NCBI GenBank assembly: GCA_964016885.1
Contig: OZ024749.1
Span: 47,492,001-47,556,000, forward strand
Source: Eledone cirrhosa
Lineage: Eukaryota
Direction of reading: 5' to 3'
Length of the DNA: 64,000 nucleotides
Positions 60,408-64,000 of the stretch are shown piece by piece. The translations under genes and the position numbers were made by a program. Below the pieces are notes generated by a model, which saw only the letters and a program-made list of their open reading frames with translations, was not told where the DNA came from and searched no databases. Position 1 is the first letter of the stretch. Every line of letters begins with the position of its first letter.

Positions 60408-63400
60408 TTCATTTTAAGAATGTGGATGTATGGAAGAGTACATAAGCATACTTACACGTATATATCTCTATCAGTTGAGTAGATAAGCATTCCTACACGC
60501 ATATATCTCTATCAGTTTATACATAAATTCAGGAAAATTTATGTATATATTCATATAACATTTTGTGTGAATGTGCTTCCAACTCTATGCATGTGTGTAT
60601 TCATTCGTTTGTCTCTATGTGCGTGTGCATCTATTTATCTATGTATGTATATACGTATGTATATCCATACATGTATTCACCGATACATATAGTTTACCGA
60701 TGCATATGCATCGTTTTATATTTCAACTATTCTCTCATTTATGAAAGTGTAAGTAGTAATATTCTATGCCTGATATTGTTTATTGTTTTAACTTCTTCAG
60801 CGCAGGTTTACTTTGATTTACCTTCCGAGGCATATATCCTGCCATGTGACCATTGTTGTCTCTATTCCCATTCCTGCAATCTGTCAATTATAGAAGTCAT
60901 ATAAATCAAATTATATGAATCATATTCACCTTAATCAGATGATCATCTAAGTATCCTTTCTATATTCACCTTTACAGAATCAGAGGAAACGGGTTTAGAT
61001 ATGCGATAATATTTAATACATCATTTAAATAATTATTTCTTAAATACTTGAATGATAAATGTTTGAAGAAGCGGATAAATGGTAATTGAATTACCGTCAG
61101 TGATAAATGTTCAGCTTATCAGATAAGGGCGCAAGTTACATGAAGGACATTTCACATTGTCAGATTAAAGGATGAAACTAAATATTATATTTCTACTTCA
61201 ATCACGTGTACTACTACTGCTGCTTCAAGCAGGAGTTGTGCATTGGTTTCAGGTAGTACACGTCAAAGAAAATTGTAGCTTCTGTAATTGCTACCACTAT
61301 CTGTTATCGGTGACTATTTACATTAGGTTGTAAGACATTTCTATGATGTCAGAAAACATATAAATGTGGTAATTACTGTTTTACATCAATTTTACTTCTA
61401 ATAGTTAGATATTAATAATGATGATTTCACCACGGTATATTTACACATCCAAAATAAATTATGTTTACGTATTGACCGGCTAAACCTTCAATATTTCTTT
61501 GAAATGTGTATACTCTTTGAATAAAAGTTAATGAAAAGATTGTATTTTACTATACTAAATTGTAATCAATGTTAATAAAATAGATGTCACATATACAACA
61601 GGGGTTGAATATAAATTATGCATACAACCAAAACATACATGGATATCAATCGAAGAAAGAAACGCATGTAACATAGTTATTGACATACGGAACCAATGTT
61701 CCCTGAATGTATTCCCTGAACCGTGGCTTCGATACCCTATTATTTTAATTATGAAACTATAGTTATAAAATCGATGGGAATTCTACTGTTCTAAAAAAGC
61801 TAATGACAACTAACGCATTGATCTACAGATCGACTTGTAAATTAAATTTTCTCTCAGTTCACAATTCAAACGTTATATGTAAACAATTTCCAAAGCGAAA
61901 TTCTACAAGATGAATATAGACATAATTAATATATATCATTATAACACAGCACATGCAAATGCTAAAATGATAACCATAAAGCCACAATTTAGCATTATAT
62001 GTATATATACCGTATAGTGGTCCCAAAGTACAACTTCCTCGTTAAACCCAAAATACTCAAACAACAAACAAAAACCTATGAATCGAGAACAAGCTGCAAG
62101 GACCTGAGAAATAAGACAATAAAACACTATATCAATTTAAGCTACAGCAGCATTAAATATTAAGCATACCAAATAGTGTACTAATTGTTAATTCAACATA
62201 TTTAAAAGACTTCTTGTAAAACACATTACTCTGACATATCGCTGCAAATATCGCTGCAAATATGTCAAATATATACAAATGTCTATTAGTATGTGATTTC
62301 TATTGACAGTGATGTCTACAAGACATGGATCATTCTCGTATGTACGTTATATATAGTATTTACAAAAGACGCTGTACAAGAAATAACACAGGACGGACAT
62401 TCATAGAATATTAACACAAGGTATATTGTAAACGTTTGACAACTCAGATGATTGAATGACAGAAATAAAAAAAAATGTTTACCTTACCTATGAATACTAT
62501 AAATGAATATTCTGAAATGCTCTCATGAAATACTATACATGACAAAATATGTAAACTAGCGTAAATCCCAAGAAAAAGCACAGAACAAGGCAAACACACA
62601 GTCGAGCACAAGTACACCCCTTACCAATTTCTATATGTATGAATATAACAAGTATAGTTGTGCAACAAATCCAAATTAAACATCAGAATAATGCCACAAA
62701 TAACTTAGCAACAAGCTTTGAAATACCCTTACCAAAACGAAGTATTATTTACATCAAATACGTTTTCAAAAAAGAAGTGTATAGTCCATGACAGTTTGTA
62801 ATCTATGATTACAATGATTAAAACACAATTCCTTATTAGCTCACAAATTATCCAAGCGTAAATCAAATTAGGTTATATAATTTAGTGAAGAGAGCTGTTG
62901 AAAGAAATTGCCAAACAGTTATCAAATTACTGAAATGATTTTAACAATACTCGCCCCACATTTTTTAGCCAGGTACGGCTTGCCTAATCCCACACGCAAG
63001 CACAGACAGACACACGGAGAAAGGAAAGAGACACACAGACACACAAGTACCCAGAGACAGACACTCAAACGCAGAGACACAGAGCACACACATACACACA
63101 CACACAAACACATACAGACACACCCACACACACATACACATACACATGAACGGAGGTATCCATGTAAATTTAAATAATTTGTCACATAAATACATCATTA
63201 ACACCAAATACCATGGAGTATATTGATTGTAAGGCTATTTGTGATGAAATATTTTAGCGGCGTATCTTTATGTTAGCTATAAGATTCGTTTTACCAATGC
63301 GAAGTGCGCACTGTAAACTTGAATAAAATGTTTGGATATCCCCATGTACAATTCTACCAAGAGAAAACCTGTGGATATTTATTTATGGGTATTTCAATTC

Positions 63401-63628
63401 GTATTTATTACTATAGTAATCTAATTGAGTTTGTATTAAATTTCATATTTACAGAGGTTGCTGTTAGGAGTATTAACTAGGTTAGTGTTAGTGTGTGTGA
63501 AAGATAATGTTCATGTATTTCTGAAAATGTTACATGGCACATTGGAAAATACACATATATATATATATATGGGGGGTGCGTGTGCGTGTGTGCGTATATA
63601 TGTATGTGTGTGTGTGCGTATGTATGTG

Positions 63629-63675
<47 letters not shown>

Positions 63676-63769
63676 ATGTGTGTGTGTGTGTGTGTGCGCG
63701 CGCGCGTGCGTGAGTGTGTGTAAAACTGGAGGTTAAATAGGCCTTGCATTTATATATATCATTTTGATT

Positions 63770-63850
63770 GAACCAAATACCGTTATGCTTTGCCTTTCAT
63801 CCTACAAACGCCGATAAAATAAAGGACCAGTAATGCACTTGCGTCGATTT
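63770..63850 (+). mobile_element. Old SINE core fragment
   Basis: CTTTGCCTTTCATCCT...CGATAAAATAAAGGACCAGTAATGCACT matches the SINE core. Confidence 0.65.
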
Positions 63851-64000
63851 AATTACAGTTTTAATTACAATGCATATCGAATATATTTTTGCCGACCATA
63901 CGATGTACCACTAATTACAATTTTGAGAAACCAAAATATGTTATGAGACTATAGAGATTGAATGTTGTGAAAATATAAAGAATACAGTAACATGTTAAAT

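Noticed and set aside
61939-62520. Minus-strand acceptor- and donor-like sites near 62103 and 62487
   Set aside because: Such motifs are common in AT-rich DNA and there is no supporting peptide similarity.

Overview
AT-rich, microsatellite-saturated eukaryotic DNA. The repeat content (tRNA-like SINE, (TAA)n-targeted REL retrotransposons, Naiad-type Penelope elements) suggests an invertebrate, probably an octopus or other cephalopod; this is inference. No host protein-coding exon can be supported, and nearly all listed ORFs are translations of (TA)n/(CA)n/(CT)n tracts. The real content is mobile DNA: (1) about ten families of Penelope-like element (PLE) derivatives, mostly in (TA)n tracts, as fold-back palindromes with a one-sided 3' tail or as direct-repeat units, many carrying minimal type I hammerhead ribozyme (HHR) motifs that can be folded by eye; (2) a 5'-truncated Naiad-type PLE (end of RT, CxCx5C linker, GIY-YIG endonuclease) whose HHR has a ~90-nt helix II; (3) R4/Dong-like and L1/Tx1-like non-LTR fragments in (TAA)n; (4) six near-full-length SINE copies and one fragment. 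The most notable points are evidence that one HHR palindrome spreads as a preformed unit with one intact and one dead ribozyme, inversion breakpoints that recur inside HHR helix II, and a solitary GC-rich HHR-like rod next to a CTCF-like motif. All folds and alignments were done by eye; no searches were run.
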